Made by a program: the position numbers and the translations under genes. A stretch of DNA of 64,000 bases from a virus. Lineage: Duplodnaviria > Caudoviricetes. Shown one piece after another: positions 55,605 through 64,000 of this stretch. Where the stretch lies: the IMG/VR virus record IMGVR_UViG_3300025875_000016, positions 2,634 through 66,633 of that record; one strand, 5' to 3'. Numbering within the stretch: the stretch's first letter is position 1; each line of letters opens with the position of its first letter. Under the pieces are notes generated by a model. It had not been told where the DNA came from, searched no databases, and saw only the letters and a program-made list of their open reading frames with translations.

Positions 55605-57211
55605 TGGCTGAGGTAGTCCTCACTCCGATAGAGAAGCGAACTGTAGACGAATGGCTAGACCTCGTAGATTATGAGGACCTAGAGTTCTACGTGCCTACAG
55701 AGTTCGCTCTGATGTTCATGAACTTCATCAAGCTCGTCAATGGGGATGAGGGTGAAGAGAACAAGACTCCCGTCGTGCATCTCAAGATGCTCGACAAGAT
55801 CGGAGGGAAGAAGCAGCGGGTAGCAAACCTGTGCTTCCGTGGTGCTGCGAAGACCACTCTGATGTTTGAATACCTAATCCTATTCATTGCCTTCTTCGGG
55901 TACATCCCCGGCTTCGGCAAAGTGGAAGGTATGATCTACGTCTCGGACTCCATGGACAACGGGGTGAAGTCAGCCCGAAAAAATATCGAGTTCCGCTACC
56001 ATAAGTCAGACTTCCTGCAAGAGAACATTCCCGGCCACCACTTCACTGACAACTATATCGAGTTCAACAACCTCGAAGGGCATCGACTTGGCTGCAAGAT
56101 GTTCGGTGCCAAGACTGGTATCCGGGGTACGAAGATTTTCGGTAAGCGTCCTGTGCTCGCGGTACTTGATGACCTCGTAAGCGATGAGGATGCGAAGTCT
56201 GCTGCGGCGATGAATGCGATTAACGATACAGTCTATAATGGTATTGACTACGCTCTTCATCCTACCCGCCGTAAGATCATCTTCAATGGGACGCCGTTCA
56301 ACAAAGGGGATATCCTTTACTCTGCCGTGGAATCTGGCTCGTGGGATGTGAACGTCTGGCCTGTATGCGAGAGGTTCCCTTGTGAACCTGAAGAGTTTCG
56401 TGGTGCGTGGGACGATCGCTTCACGTATGAGTTCGTTAAGCGAATGTATGAAGATGCTGTCCTAGACGGGAGGCTGGCTTCCTTCAATCAGGAGATGATG
56501 CTGCGAATCAGCTCGGCTGAGGAACGGCTGATCCAAGATAGCGAGATCAAGTGGTATGAACGAGCTTCCCTCCTGAAGAACAAAGGTAGGTTCAACTTCT
56601 ATATCACAACCGACTTCGCTACCTCCGACAAGGAGACTGCTGACCTTAACGTCATCAGCGTTTGGGCGGTGAACTCCAATGGTGACTACTTCTGGGTAGA
56701 CGGCATCGCTAAGCGTCAGACTATGGAGAAGACGATCCACGACCTCTTCCGTTTGGTTCAGGAATACCGGGTGAACCTGATGAGTGTGGGAATCGAGATT
56801 ACTGGTCAGCAGAATGCTTTCATCCAGTGGATTCAGAAAGAGCAGATGGACCGGAACATCTGGTTCAACTTTGCCATGGAGAAAGGTAAGCCGGGCATTC
56901 GGCCCGTCGTGAACAAACTCAGCCGATTCAACATGGTTGTCCCTTGGTTCAAGGCTGGAAAGATGTACTTCCCTGAGGAGATGAAGAAGTCTCAGATCAT
57001 GGGAGTCTTCATGAGCCAAATCCAACTGGCTACGATCAATGGCCTCAAGGGTAAGGATGACGCTCTCGATACGATCTCTATGCTACAAAACATGAATGTA
57101 ATCCGTCCGAGCGAAGACTCCTCTATGGTCAAATCCGATGACAGTGACCGGTGGGATTTCGATGAGGATGATGGTACGGAAGACTCAGGTCTAAGCTCAT
57201 ACATCGTCTAA
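55604..57211 (+). CDS. terL: Terminase large subunit (N4 gp68-like)
   Basis: CFRGAAKTT Walker A, VLDDL Walker B, GTP, ITTDFA nuclease, DDALD. Confidence 0.93.
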   Translation: MAEVVLTPIEKRTVDEWLDLVDYEDLEFYVPTEFALMFMNFIKLVNGDEGEENKTPVVHLKMLDKIGGKKQRVANLCFRGAAKTTLMFEYLILFIAFFGYIPGFGKVEGMIYVSDSMDNGVKSARKNIEFRYHKSDFLQENIPGHHFTDNYIEFNNLEGHRLGCKMFGAKTGIRGTKIFGKRPVLAVLDDLVSDEDAKSAAAMNAINDTVYNGIDYALHPTRRKIIFNGTPFNKGDILYSAVESGSWDVNVWPVCERFPCEPEEFRGAWDDRFTYEFVKRMYEDAVLDGRLASFNQEMMLRISSAEERLIQDSEIKWYERASLLKNKGRFNFYITTDFATSDKETADLNVISVWAVNSNGDYFWVDGIAKRQTMEKTIHDLFRLVQEYRVNLMSVGIEITGQQNAFIQWIQKEQMDRNIWFNFAMEKGKPGIRPVVNKLSRFNMVVPWFKAGKMYFPEEMKKSQIMGVFMSQIQLATINGLKGKDDALDTISMLQNMNVIRPSEDSSMVKSDDSDRWDFDEDDGTEDSGLSSYIV

Positions 57212-57221
57212 GAGGAAACCC

Positions 57222-57932
57222 ATGGCACTGACTTTTGGTGAGCTGACGATCCGTCTGGCTCAAGGTGAACTCAAATCTACGAACTTCGTGGACAAAGAAG
57301 ACAAAACCTCCATTAAGGAGGAAGAACGTTCCACGATTGCTCGGTATGTGAACCAAGGATTGGGAGCCCTCCACTCCAAGTTCATCTTGAGTGAGAAGGA
57401 GCTAATGCTCCGAACCATTAGGGGTGCTGCCTTCTACTTCCTGCGGCCTGAGTTCGCTTGGTCGAATCCGGCTACCGTTCCTCGAAAGTATATCGACGAT
57501 ACTGTGCTTCCTAGGTTCACCGGGGATATCATCAAGATTCTCAAGGTGATGGATGCTGCTTGGCGTGAGTTGCCACGAGACAACGAAGAGATTCCTAACT
57601 GCTCTCTCTATACTCCTGCTTATGATACACTTCAGGTACTTCCCCCGCTTCAGGGATATACGTATAGTGTGATCTATCAAGCTGAGCATCCGAAGATTGT
57701 CGCTGACAACCCGGTTCAGCCGATACGACTTCCAGTCTTCTTAGAGGAAGCACTTCAGCTCTTTGTGGCTAGCAAAGCTCTGGGCCATATGAATGGACAG
57801 GAGCAGGCTGCTAAGAGTCAAGAATATATGACCAACTATCTAGCCATCCTTGCAGAGACTGAAGCTAAAGACTTGTCCAGCACTAGCTATGTGCGTGAAG
57901 GTGGTAAACTATACCAAAGGGGCTTCGTATAA
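57222..57932 (+). CDS. N4 gp67-like virion/head-tail protein
   Basis: LAQGELKS start and GFV end; synteny after terL. Confidence 0.7.
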   Translation: MALTFGELTIRLAQGELKSTNFVDKEDKTSIKEEERSTIARYVNQGLGALHSKFILSEKELMLRTIRGAAFYFLRPEFAWSNPATVPRKYIDDTVLPRFTGDIIKILKVMDAAWRELPRDNEEIPNCSLYTPAYDTLQVLPPLQGYTYSVIYQAEHPKIVADNPVQPIRLPVFLEEALQLFVASKALGHMNGQEQAAKSQEYMTNYLAILAETEAKDLSSTSYVREGGKLYQRGFV

Positions 57933-60145
57933 TGGCTGATGATAGTCCCCGCTGGGGCGACATTACTCAAACTCAGGAGGGGGATACTCCTTCGTGGGGC
58001 AATGAGCAGGGTTCTGGCGTAACCTTGGTTCCCGGTCCTATTGGACCTCAGGGTCCATATGGACCTCAGGGACCCGTGGGTCCCGTTGGTCCTCCCGGTC
58101 CTATTGGTCCCGAGGGTCCGATTGGCCCTATTGGGCCGATAGGTCCTATTGGTCCTCAAGGCCCTCAAGGGGTGAAGGGGGATCAGGGTTTTAAGGGGGA
58201 TGTTGGTCTTCAAGGTATCGCTGGCCCAAAGGGTGACAAAGGAGACAAAGGTGATCCGGGAGCTGTAGGTCCAGAAGGACCTGAAGGCCCTGCTGGTGTG
58301 GATGGTACAGCTCTACCCGGTGAACCGGGTGAGAATGGTGCGTCTGCCTTTGAGGTAGCTCAGGCGGCTGGATACGTGGGTAGTGAGGTTGACTGGATCG
58401 CCTCTCTCAAGGGACCCAAAGGTGATCCCGGTGATGACGGTGAGGTTGGTCCAGCAGGTCCTCAAGGTATCCGTGGTATTCAAGGTCTTCAGGGTCCTGC
58501 TGGTCCCAGCGGGAGTAATGGGGTTGATGGGGCTAATGGGGCTCAAGGGCCTGTTGGTCCGGTTGGTCCTATTGGACCCAAAGGAGATAAGGGCGATCCA
58601 GGCACCAATGGTGTTGATGGAACCAACGGGATCGACGGTCTCCGAGGGGAAGAAGGACCTATGGGTCCTAGGGGTTACGATGGTATCCAAGGCGTCCAAG
58701 GTATGCCGGGTCCTGCGGGTCCAGTTGGACCGCAAGGTCCGATCGGTGAAACCGGTGGAGTACCCGATGGTGGCTTAGCTGGTCAGATTCTTGGTAAGGT
58801 TTCAGATGCTGACCAAGATACTGGCTGGATCGACTATACTGGTGGTGGTGGTGCAGGGTCTGTTGGTCCTGCTGGCGAAGATGGTCTCTCCGCTTATGAA
58901 CTCGCCGTTTCTACTGGTTATGGTAGCGACCTTACTTCTTGGCTCGCTAGTCTGGTTGGACCACAAGGTCCCCAAGGAGATGTTGGACCTGAGGGTCCTC
59001 AAGGTCCTGTAGGCCCTACCGGTGCTGCATCTACTGTTGCTGGTCCTCAAGGACCGGCTGGTCCAGTTGGCCCTGCTGGTACTACCACTTGGGGTGGTAT
59101 CACTGATAAGCCTGCGACCTTCCCTGCTACTGCCCATAGTCACATCTGGGATGAGATTACTGGCAAGCCTACTCAGTTCAGTCCTTCGGCTCACACCCAC
59201 ACGACTGCTGATATCTCGAACGCTTCGGCCAACGGTCGGACGTTCATGGCTTCGTCTAGCTATACTGCTATGCGGAACCTACTGAACCTTACGCCTCTCG
59301 CTACCCTTGCGTACCCTAGTGTAAACCAGACCACTACTTTCCTTAGAGGAGATGGTACTTGGACAGCCGGTGTGGCTGGGCCAAAGGGTGATACTGGGGA
59401 CACTGGACCTCAGGGTCCGATCGGTCTTACTGGACCGGCTGGTGCTGATTCCACTGTAGCTGGTCCCAAAGGGGATACTGGTGCTGTCGGTCCTCAAGGT
59501 CCCGAAGGTCCTCAAGGACCCATTGGTCCGATTGGTCTCACTGGTCCTGTCGGGGCTGATGGAGCAGTAGGCCCGCAAGGACCTAAAGGAGATACTGGAG
59601 ATACTGGAGCCCAAGGCATCCAAGGTATCCAAGGTGTCAAAGGGGACACTGGCGATCAAGGTATTCAGGGTCTGAAGGGAGACAAGGGAGATAAAGGTGA
59701 CACCGGTGCGACTGGTGCTGCTGGCACGACCTCCTGGAATGGGATCACTGACAAGCCTGCTACCTTCACTCCAAGTGCTCACACCCATCCTATCTCGGCA
59801 GTAGATGGGCTTCAGGCTGCTCTTGATGCCAAGGCTTCGAAGACCAACAACATCACCATCTGGACAGATAATACTATTGTTTCAGATGCTGATCTTGCTG
59901 GTGAACAGCTTCGTATCGTTGATGACCCTATCGACATCACAATCAATACTGGTCTCACTGGTAAGCGAGAGCTTACGATGATCCAGTCGGTTGCGAACCA
60001 ACGGTTCACGATTAAGGCTGGTGCTGGTGTAACCATCGTGTCTGCTGATGGCTATATGAAGTCCAGAACGCTAGGGAGCGCCGTTACCTTGGTTCCGGGT
60101 GAAACAGCCAACAAGTATTACCTGATTGGGGACCTCGCAGCATGA
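57932..60145 (+). CDS. Collagen-like tail fibre/appendage protein
   Basis: Long Gly-X-Y runs; two SA(F/Y)E.A...G...W.ASL.G repeats; W..ITDKP.TF...AH.H repeats; C-terminal ...YYLIGDL domain. Confidence 0.85.
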   Translation: MADDSPRWGDITQTQEGDTPSWGNEQGSGVTLVPGPIGPQGPYGPQGPVGPVGPPGPIGPEGPIGPIGPIGPIGPQGPQGVKGDQGFKGDVGLQGIAGPKGDKGDKGDPGAVGPEGPEGPAGVDGTALPGEPGENGASAFEVAQAAGYVGSEVDWIASLKGPKGDPGDDGEVGPAGPQGIRGIQGLQGPAGPSGSNGVDGANGAQGPVGPVGPIGPKGDKGDPGTNGVDGTNGIDGLRGEEGPMGPRGYDGIQGVQGMPGPAGPVGPQGPIGETGGVPDGGLAGQILGKVSDADQDTGWIDYTGGGGAGSVGPAGEDGLSAYELAVSTGYGSDLTSWLASLVGPQGPQGDVGPEGPQGPVGPTGAASTVAGPQGPAGPVGPAGTTTWGGITDKPATFPATAHSHIWDEITGKPTQFSPSAHTHTTADISNASANGRTFMASSSYTAMRNLLNLTPLATLAYPSVNQTTTFLRGDGTWTAGVAGPKGDTGDTGPQGPIGLTGPAGADSTVAGPKGDTGAVGPQGPEGPQGPIGPIGLTGPVGADGAVGPQGPKGDTGDTGAQGIQGIQGVKGDTGDQGIQGLKGDKGDKGDTGATGAAGTTSWNGITDKPATFTPSAHTHPISAVDGLQAALDAKASKTNNITIWTDNTIVSDADLAGEQLRIVDDPIDITINTGLTGKRELTMIQSVANQRFTIKAGAGVTIVSADGYMKSRTLGSAVTLVPGETANKYYLIGDLAA

Positions 60146-60915
60146 GGGGTCTCCTCTTGGGTGGTGTGGCCAGTTCCGTCTTCATCGCTCCTATAGTGGT
60201 GGGCGGACCGGCTACTATTCAACTTGTAGGAAAGCAGGATGTAGACCTAGGAAGCGTTGGGGCTACTGAGAGCCTGACGTATGCTCTTACTGATGGTGAA
60301 GTAGGATTCGCCAATGCAGTTCCTCAAGCTGGGGACTATGTGCTCATCTACGTCACTGTGGCTACCAACGCCGACAAGCTTATCACTCCCATTACTCCGG
60401 GGTTTACGACCCATGAGTACGGGTATGTGAACGTGAACGCTGACCAGACTGTCTGGTGTGGTGGTAAGTTTATGGGTAGTACCCCAGATACTACCTTCGA
60501 GTTTTCTACTACTTCTAGCTCCACAGCACACTCCATTGGAGCTTCAGTGCTAGTCTTTAGAAATGTAGACCCTATCACTCCTGTAGAAGCTTCTGAGATT
60601 TCTCTAACTACTGCCAGTGCTCCTGTTGACCCTCCTGCCGTAACTTCGGCTGGAGAAGGTAGAGTAGCTGTTCTTTTTGGCTCTCTTGCCTATGTGACGG
60701 CTGGTGGCGTCTATGCGTTTACTCCGGGAGATACTCTCCTAAACTTTACTCAGTTCTTGGCCCTTACAGGTACGACTTTCCGGGTTCTCATTGGTTCAGG
60801 ATGGATGCGAAGAGATGCTGGAGTCTTTGATCCAGCGATATGGGCTGAGACTCGAAACGCTGCTGGTGATACAGAATCAGCGATTACTCTCTTACTGAAA
60901 CCTAAGAGTTTATGA
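60142..60915 (+). CDS. Putative tail/appendage tip protein
   Basis: 257 aa, beta-rich, ATGA overlap with the fibre gene. Confidence 0.6.
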   Translation: MRGLLLGGVASSVFIAPIVVGGPATIQLVGKQDVDLGSVGATESLTYALTDGEVGFANAVPQAGDYVLIYVTVATNADKLITPITPGFTTHEYGYVNVNADQTVWCGGKFMGSTPDTTFEFSTTSSSTAHSIGASVLVFRNVDPITPVEASEISLTTASAPVDPPAVTSAGEGRVAVLFGSLAYVTAGGVYAFTPGDTLLNFTQFLALTGTTFRVLIGSGWMRRDAGVFDPAIWAETRNAAGDTESAITLLLKPKSL

Positions 60916-60916
60916 T

Positions 60917-60947
60917 TTGACTACCCTCCGTAGCATGGCATATGCTA
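60917..60947 (+). promoter_or_regulatory. Candidate host sigma70-type late promoter with overlapping inverted repeat
   Basis: TTGACT-N18-TATGCT; TAGCAT-N5-ATGCTA. Confidence 0.45.
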
Positions 60948-60993
60948 TCGAGGTCCCAACCATAGATTACTCATCAAAGGACGCATGAGCTAA

Positions 60994-63747
60994 ATGGCTG
61001 ACATCGTACAAGATATTGTGGTTGGGGGGATGCCAGTTGCGTCTGTCTCCATCTGTATCCGGGAAGCTCTGCCGGGTCCCACCACCCCGACGAATCCGAC
61101 TGGACCGACGCCTCCTATCGTTGTCCCTCCTGTCGAACCTATCGAACCGGTGGAGCCGGAGATCATTCCTCCGCCCATCCAGCCCAATGCACCGAGCATC
61201 ATCTCGAATGTGACTGCTCCGTATATGAAGGCTATGACGGACGACCAGACTCCCATCAAGGGCTTCGTGTCTGGGGTCTATGAGACTTCGGCTCCCGGTG
61301 GCAGCATCGTCACTCGGACTGTTCAGTTCAAGGTTAATGGCACGACTCGTAACGGAGCCTGGGACCTTGTGGCTGGCGATGTGGTTCTGGCCAATGAAAC
61401 GGTGACTGATTCCACCGGTGAGGTTGCTGTCTTCACGACTGCTCCTGTCACGGTGACTGAACTCACTGCTCCTGTTACGCCTCCTGTGGTAGTCAATCCT
61501 CCGGTCACTACAGCTAAGACTGTGACCTACTTCTCGGCCTCTTGCTCTAACAAGGGTCAGAATGCTCCGGTCTGGGATTGGGTCCTGCCTCGCGTTCGTA
61601 ACGGTGAGCTGGTGGATCGAGTCATTTTCCATGGTGACACGAACTACTACAACACGACTTCTATCGCCTCTCTTGAGTCTGTGTTCCAAGGGAAGCAAGG
61701 TGATGTGGTCCGTGAATCCAGGGCCATGGTTACTCCTTCGGACCATGACTGGCTGGGTAACGACTCTCAAGCTAGCACGACCTCGCGTATTACTACACTG
61801 GCTCCGGAACCCCAGACTCGTGATCCGGCTGTTCGTCTCTGGCGGGAATACTTCGACTACCTGCCGTGGGCTCTGCCGAATGATACTGATCCGCTGTACT
61901 ACAAGCGTGATGATGCGGTCATTCCGCTCCGTACCCTTATTACTGATTGCCGGACTCGCAAGGTCAACTACTCGGTCATGTGGGGAACGCAGCAGCTTGA
62001 TTGGATCAAGGCTCAGTTCCTTGATGCCAAGAGTAAGGGTCTGTTCGTCCGTCTGGTGATTGACGTTCCCCCGCGTGGTGGTGAAGCTTCCAAAGCTGAG
62101 CTTGATAAGCTGGGTGCCTATATCCTGTCGATTGGTATGGAGAACCAGTTCGAACTGCTCTCTGGCGACCAGCACTGTATCGGTTTTGACTCCGGTGCGA
62201 ACAACGTCTTCGGTGGTTGTAAGTTTCCCTTCGTCTCGGGTGGTACGGTTCGTAGCTCCCAGTCGGTTAAGCAAAGCCCGCACGATGGTGGGACTTACTG
62301 GGCTCCTTCAGGAGATAACGCTTATTCTCAGGGTATCTTCTCGAAGATGACTTGGGATGGTGCTAACGGTCTTCGGATCGAGCATACGGCCTTTGCTGGT
62401 CTGGCGGTTAAGGACCCGGCTACCGGTCAGAATACTATGCGTATCCTGAAAGTCTATGAGCGGAACCTGACCCGTAACTACAACGGGACGACCACTCCTA
62501 CTGTGCCGGGTACTCCGACGACTCCGACTTCTCCTGTTCCGGTGACGATCGAGGCGTTCGACAGTGACCTTCTGGTTAGCCAGATGGGCATCTGTATGCA
62601 CCTGTTCCAAGGTGAGTTCTGGGGTCTGACTACCGCTTGGGAGCAATACCTCTACGAACTTGGTATCCGTAATGTTCGTACTGCTATCGGTACTAGCCTA
62701 GACCAAAAGACTCAGCTTCTGCGTATTCTCCAGACTGGAAATATGAAGGCTCTGATCCGTACTGGTCTAGCTACGGGTATTCCGCAGTCGGTGGCTGCAA
62801 CTGAGTATCTCCAGAACGCTGACTTCACTGGGCGTCTTCTGGGTATCGAAGGCATGAATGAACCGAACTTCGGTTCGCCTAATTATGACGATCCTAACTG
62901 GGTAGCCAATACTCGGAATACCCAGATCGCTATCAAGAACGAGGCTGACTCTCACCCGCTCACTGATACCCTTCCTGTTGTGGGTCCCTCGCTGTGGAAA
63001 CGGGATCAGAGTGACATCAACCTTCTGGGCAACTTGGCTCCCTACTCGGAAGTCAATAGCATCCACTACTATACGAATGGTCGTCAGCCCATTGACGGCT
63101 CTCTCGGTGACGTGGGCATCACTCCGATGCAGAACGTTATCGCTGCTCTCAGCAAGACTGCTCCGGGTGCCCCTGCTTGGGTGACTGAGTGTGGTTACAA
63201 CGTCAGTGGTATTGGGGCTCCTGTTGGGACTCCCGGCACGATTACCCCTGATCTTGCTGCTATCTACCTGCTCCGTGAAATCATGCTGTTCTTCATGTAT
63301 GGTGTGGAGAAGGTGTTCCCTTACGCTCTTGTGGATAGTGAGACTACGGGGAATCGTTATGGCTTGGTTGAGCTGATTGGTGCGGGAGCTACTGCTACCT
63401 TCCGTCCGCGTCCTGCCTTCTATGCTCTGCAACGGATGATCCAACGGTTTGCGAATACGGGTCCGGTTCTTATCCCCAGTGGGGTTGAGTTCTCCATCCC
63501 GAATAAGCCGAGCACGATCCAAACGGTTCAGCTCCAAAAGAAGGACCGGAGCCGTATCATTGCGATCTGGAACGAAGTAGAAGTTGGTGCGGCCAATCCG
63601 CCGAAAGCGATCACTCTGAACTTCCCGGTGGATCGCACCGTTACGGTTTTCGAACCTAACGTCAGCGGAACTGGTCGTCTTGCTGGACGGGGTAAGTCGT
63701 TCGCACTGAACGTCCCGACCAACATGATGCTCCTCGAAGTCATCTGA
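60994..63747 (+). CDS. Multidomain enzyme: PhoD-like metallophosphoesterase + clan-A glycoside hydrolase (putative tail-associated depolymerase)
   Basis: HGDTNYY, SDHDW, LSGDQH; GIEGMNEPN (acid/base), WVTECGY (nucleophile); Pro/Thr linkers. Confidence 0.7.
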   Translation: MADIVQDIVVGGMPVASVSICIREALPGPTTPTNPTGPTPPIVVPPVEPIEPVEPEIIPPPIQPNAPSIISNVTAPYMKAMTDDQTPIKGFVSGVYETSAPGGSIVTRTVQFKVNGTTRNGAWDLVAGDVVLANETVTDSTGEVAVFTTAPVTVTELTAPVTPPVVVNPPVTTAKTVTYFSASCSNKGQNAPVWDWVLPRVRNGELVDRVIFHGDTNYYNTTSIASLESVFQGKQGDVVRESRAMVTPSDHDWLGNDSQASTTSRITTLAPEPQTRDPAVRLWREYFDYLPWALPNDTDPLYYKRDDAVIPLRTLITDCRTRKVNYSVMWGTQQLDWIKAQFLDAKSKGLFVRLVIDVPPRGGEASKAELDKLGAYILSIGMENQFELLSGDQHCIGFDSGANNVFGGCKFPFVSGGTVRSSQSVKQSPHDGGTYWAPSGDNAYSQGIFSKMTWDGANGLRIEHTAFAGLAVKDPATGQNTMRILKVYERNLTRNYNGTTTPTVPGTPTTPTSPVPVTIEAFDSDLLVSQMGICMHLFQGEFWGLTTAWEQYLYELGIRNVRTAIGTSLDQKTQLLRILQTGNMKALIRTGLATGIPQSVAATEYLQNADFTGRLLGIEGMNEPNFGSPNYDDPNWVANTRNTQIAIKNEADSHPLTDTLPVVGPSLWKRDQSDINLLGNLAPYSEVNSIHYYTNGRQPIDGSLGDVGITPMQNVIAALSKTAPGAPAWVTECGYNVSGIGAPVGTPGTITPDLAAIYLLREIMLFFMYGVEKVFPYALVDSETTGNRYGLVELIGAGATATFRPRPAFYALQRMIQRFANTGPVLIPSGVEFSIPNKPSTIQTVQLQKKDRSRIIAIWNEVEVGAANPPKAITLNFPVDRTVTVFEPNVSGTGRLAGRGKSFALNVPTNMMLLEVI

Positions 63748-63766
63748 TAGGTAAGGAAAACCTACT

Positions 63767-64000
63767 GTGCCCATTATGCCTCAAGACACTCTGTACGATC
63801 AAGCTGGGGCTCCGGGTCCGGCAGGTCCGATGGGTCCCCAAGGTCCGGAAGGGCCTATGGGGCCTCCGGGTCCAAAAGGTGACAAAGGTGATACTGGCAA
63901 TACCGGTCCTGCGGGACCTCAAGGTGTTGCTGGTCCTGCTGGCTCTACTGGTGCTCAGGGACCTATGGGTCCTCCGGGCACTGGTGGGGGTAGTGGTGGG
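63767..64000 (+). CDS. Second collagen-like protein (runs off the window; not in ORF track)
   Basis: GTG/ATG start after AAGGA; [31 protein letters not shown]... open to the window end. Confidence 0.75.
   Translation, partial: MPIMPQDTLYDQAGAPGPAGPMGPQGPEGPMGPPGPKGDKGDTGNTGPAGPQGVAGPAGSTGAQGPMGPPGTGGGSGG

Noticed and set aside
57932-60145. Possible CRISPR or tandem DNA repeat array
   Set aside because: The periodicity is Gly-X-Y coding with variable third positions; no repeat-spacer structure.
60967-63774. Long antisense ORFs (438 aa and 335 aa) opposite the tail enzyme gene
   Set aside because: Expected shadows of the sense gene's codon bias; no recognisable domains.

Overview
This 64-kb window is most of an N4-like (Schitoviridae) podophage genome, apparently from a circularly permuted assembly. 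On the + strand it starts with a putative ejection protein carrying a lysozyme-like domain and a 3593-aa virion RNA polymerase in which I found no Cys (8-13735). A long minus-strand block (about 13.8-54.7 kb) runs from early to middle genes right to left: N4 gp1- and gp2-like genes, many small early ORFs, two-subunit RNAP II, an HNH protein, NrdJ, the gp24/gp25 AAA-vWA pair, dCTP deaminase, ThyX, a DUF5664-like pyrophosphohydrolase, rIIA/rIIB, helicase, family A DNA polymerase, nuclease, primase, Sak4-like ATPase, SSB and a RusA-like fusion. From 54.9 kb the + strand carries gp69-like, terminase large subunit, gp67-like, collagen-like fibre and tail genes. Capsid and portal genes lie outside the window. 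Main observations: (1) six copies of a template-strand hairpin, C-N3-A-[5-bp stem ending GC]-GTGA-[GC stem], clustered at 47.3-52.7 kb. They reproduce N4 vRNAP promoter geometry but have a 4-nt loop instead of a 3-nt loop, and three of their leaders share a GGAGTCTAC RBS motif. (2) Candidate counter-defence genes (RyR-domain, Acb2/Tad1-like, macro-like, SLOG, TraR-like). (3) A tail-region protein joining a PhoD-like metallophosphoesterase to a clan-A glycoside hydrolase. (4) A tandem array of degenerate tRNA-like elements. Family assignments come from motif recognition by eye, not database searches.
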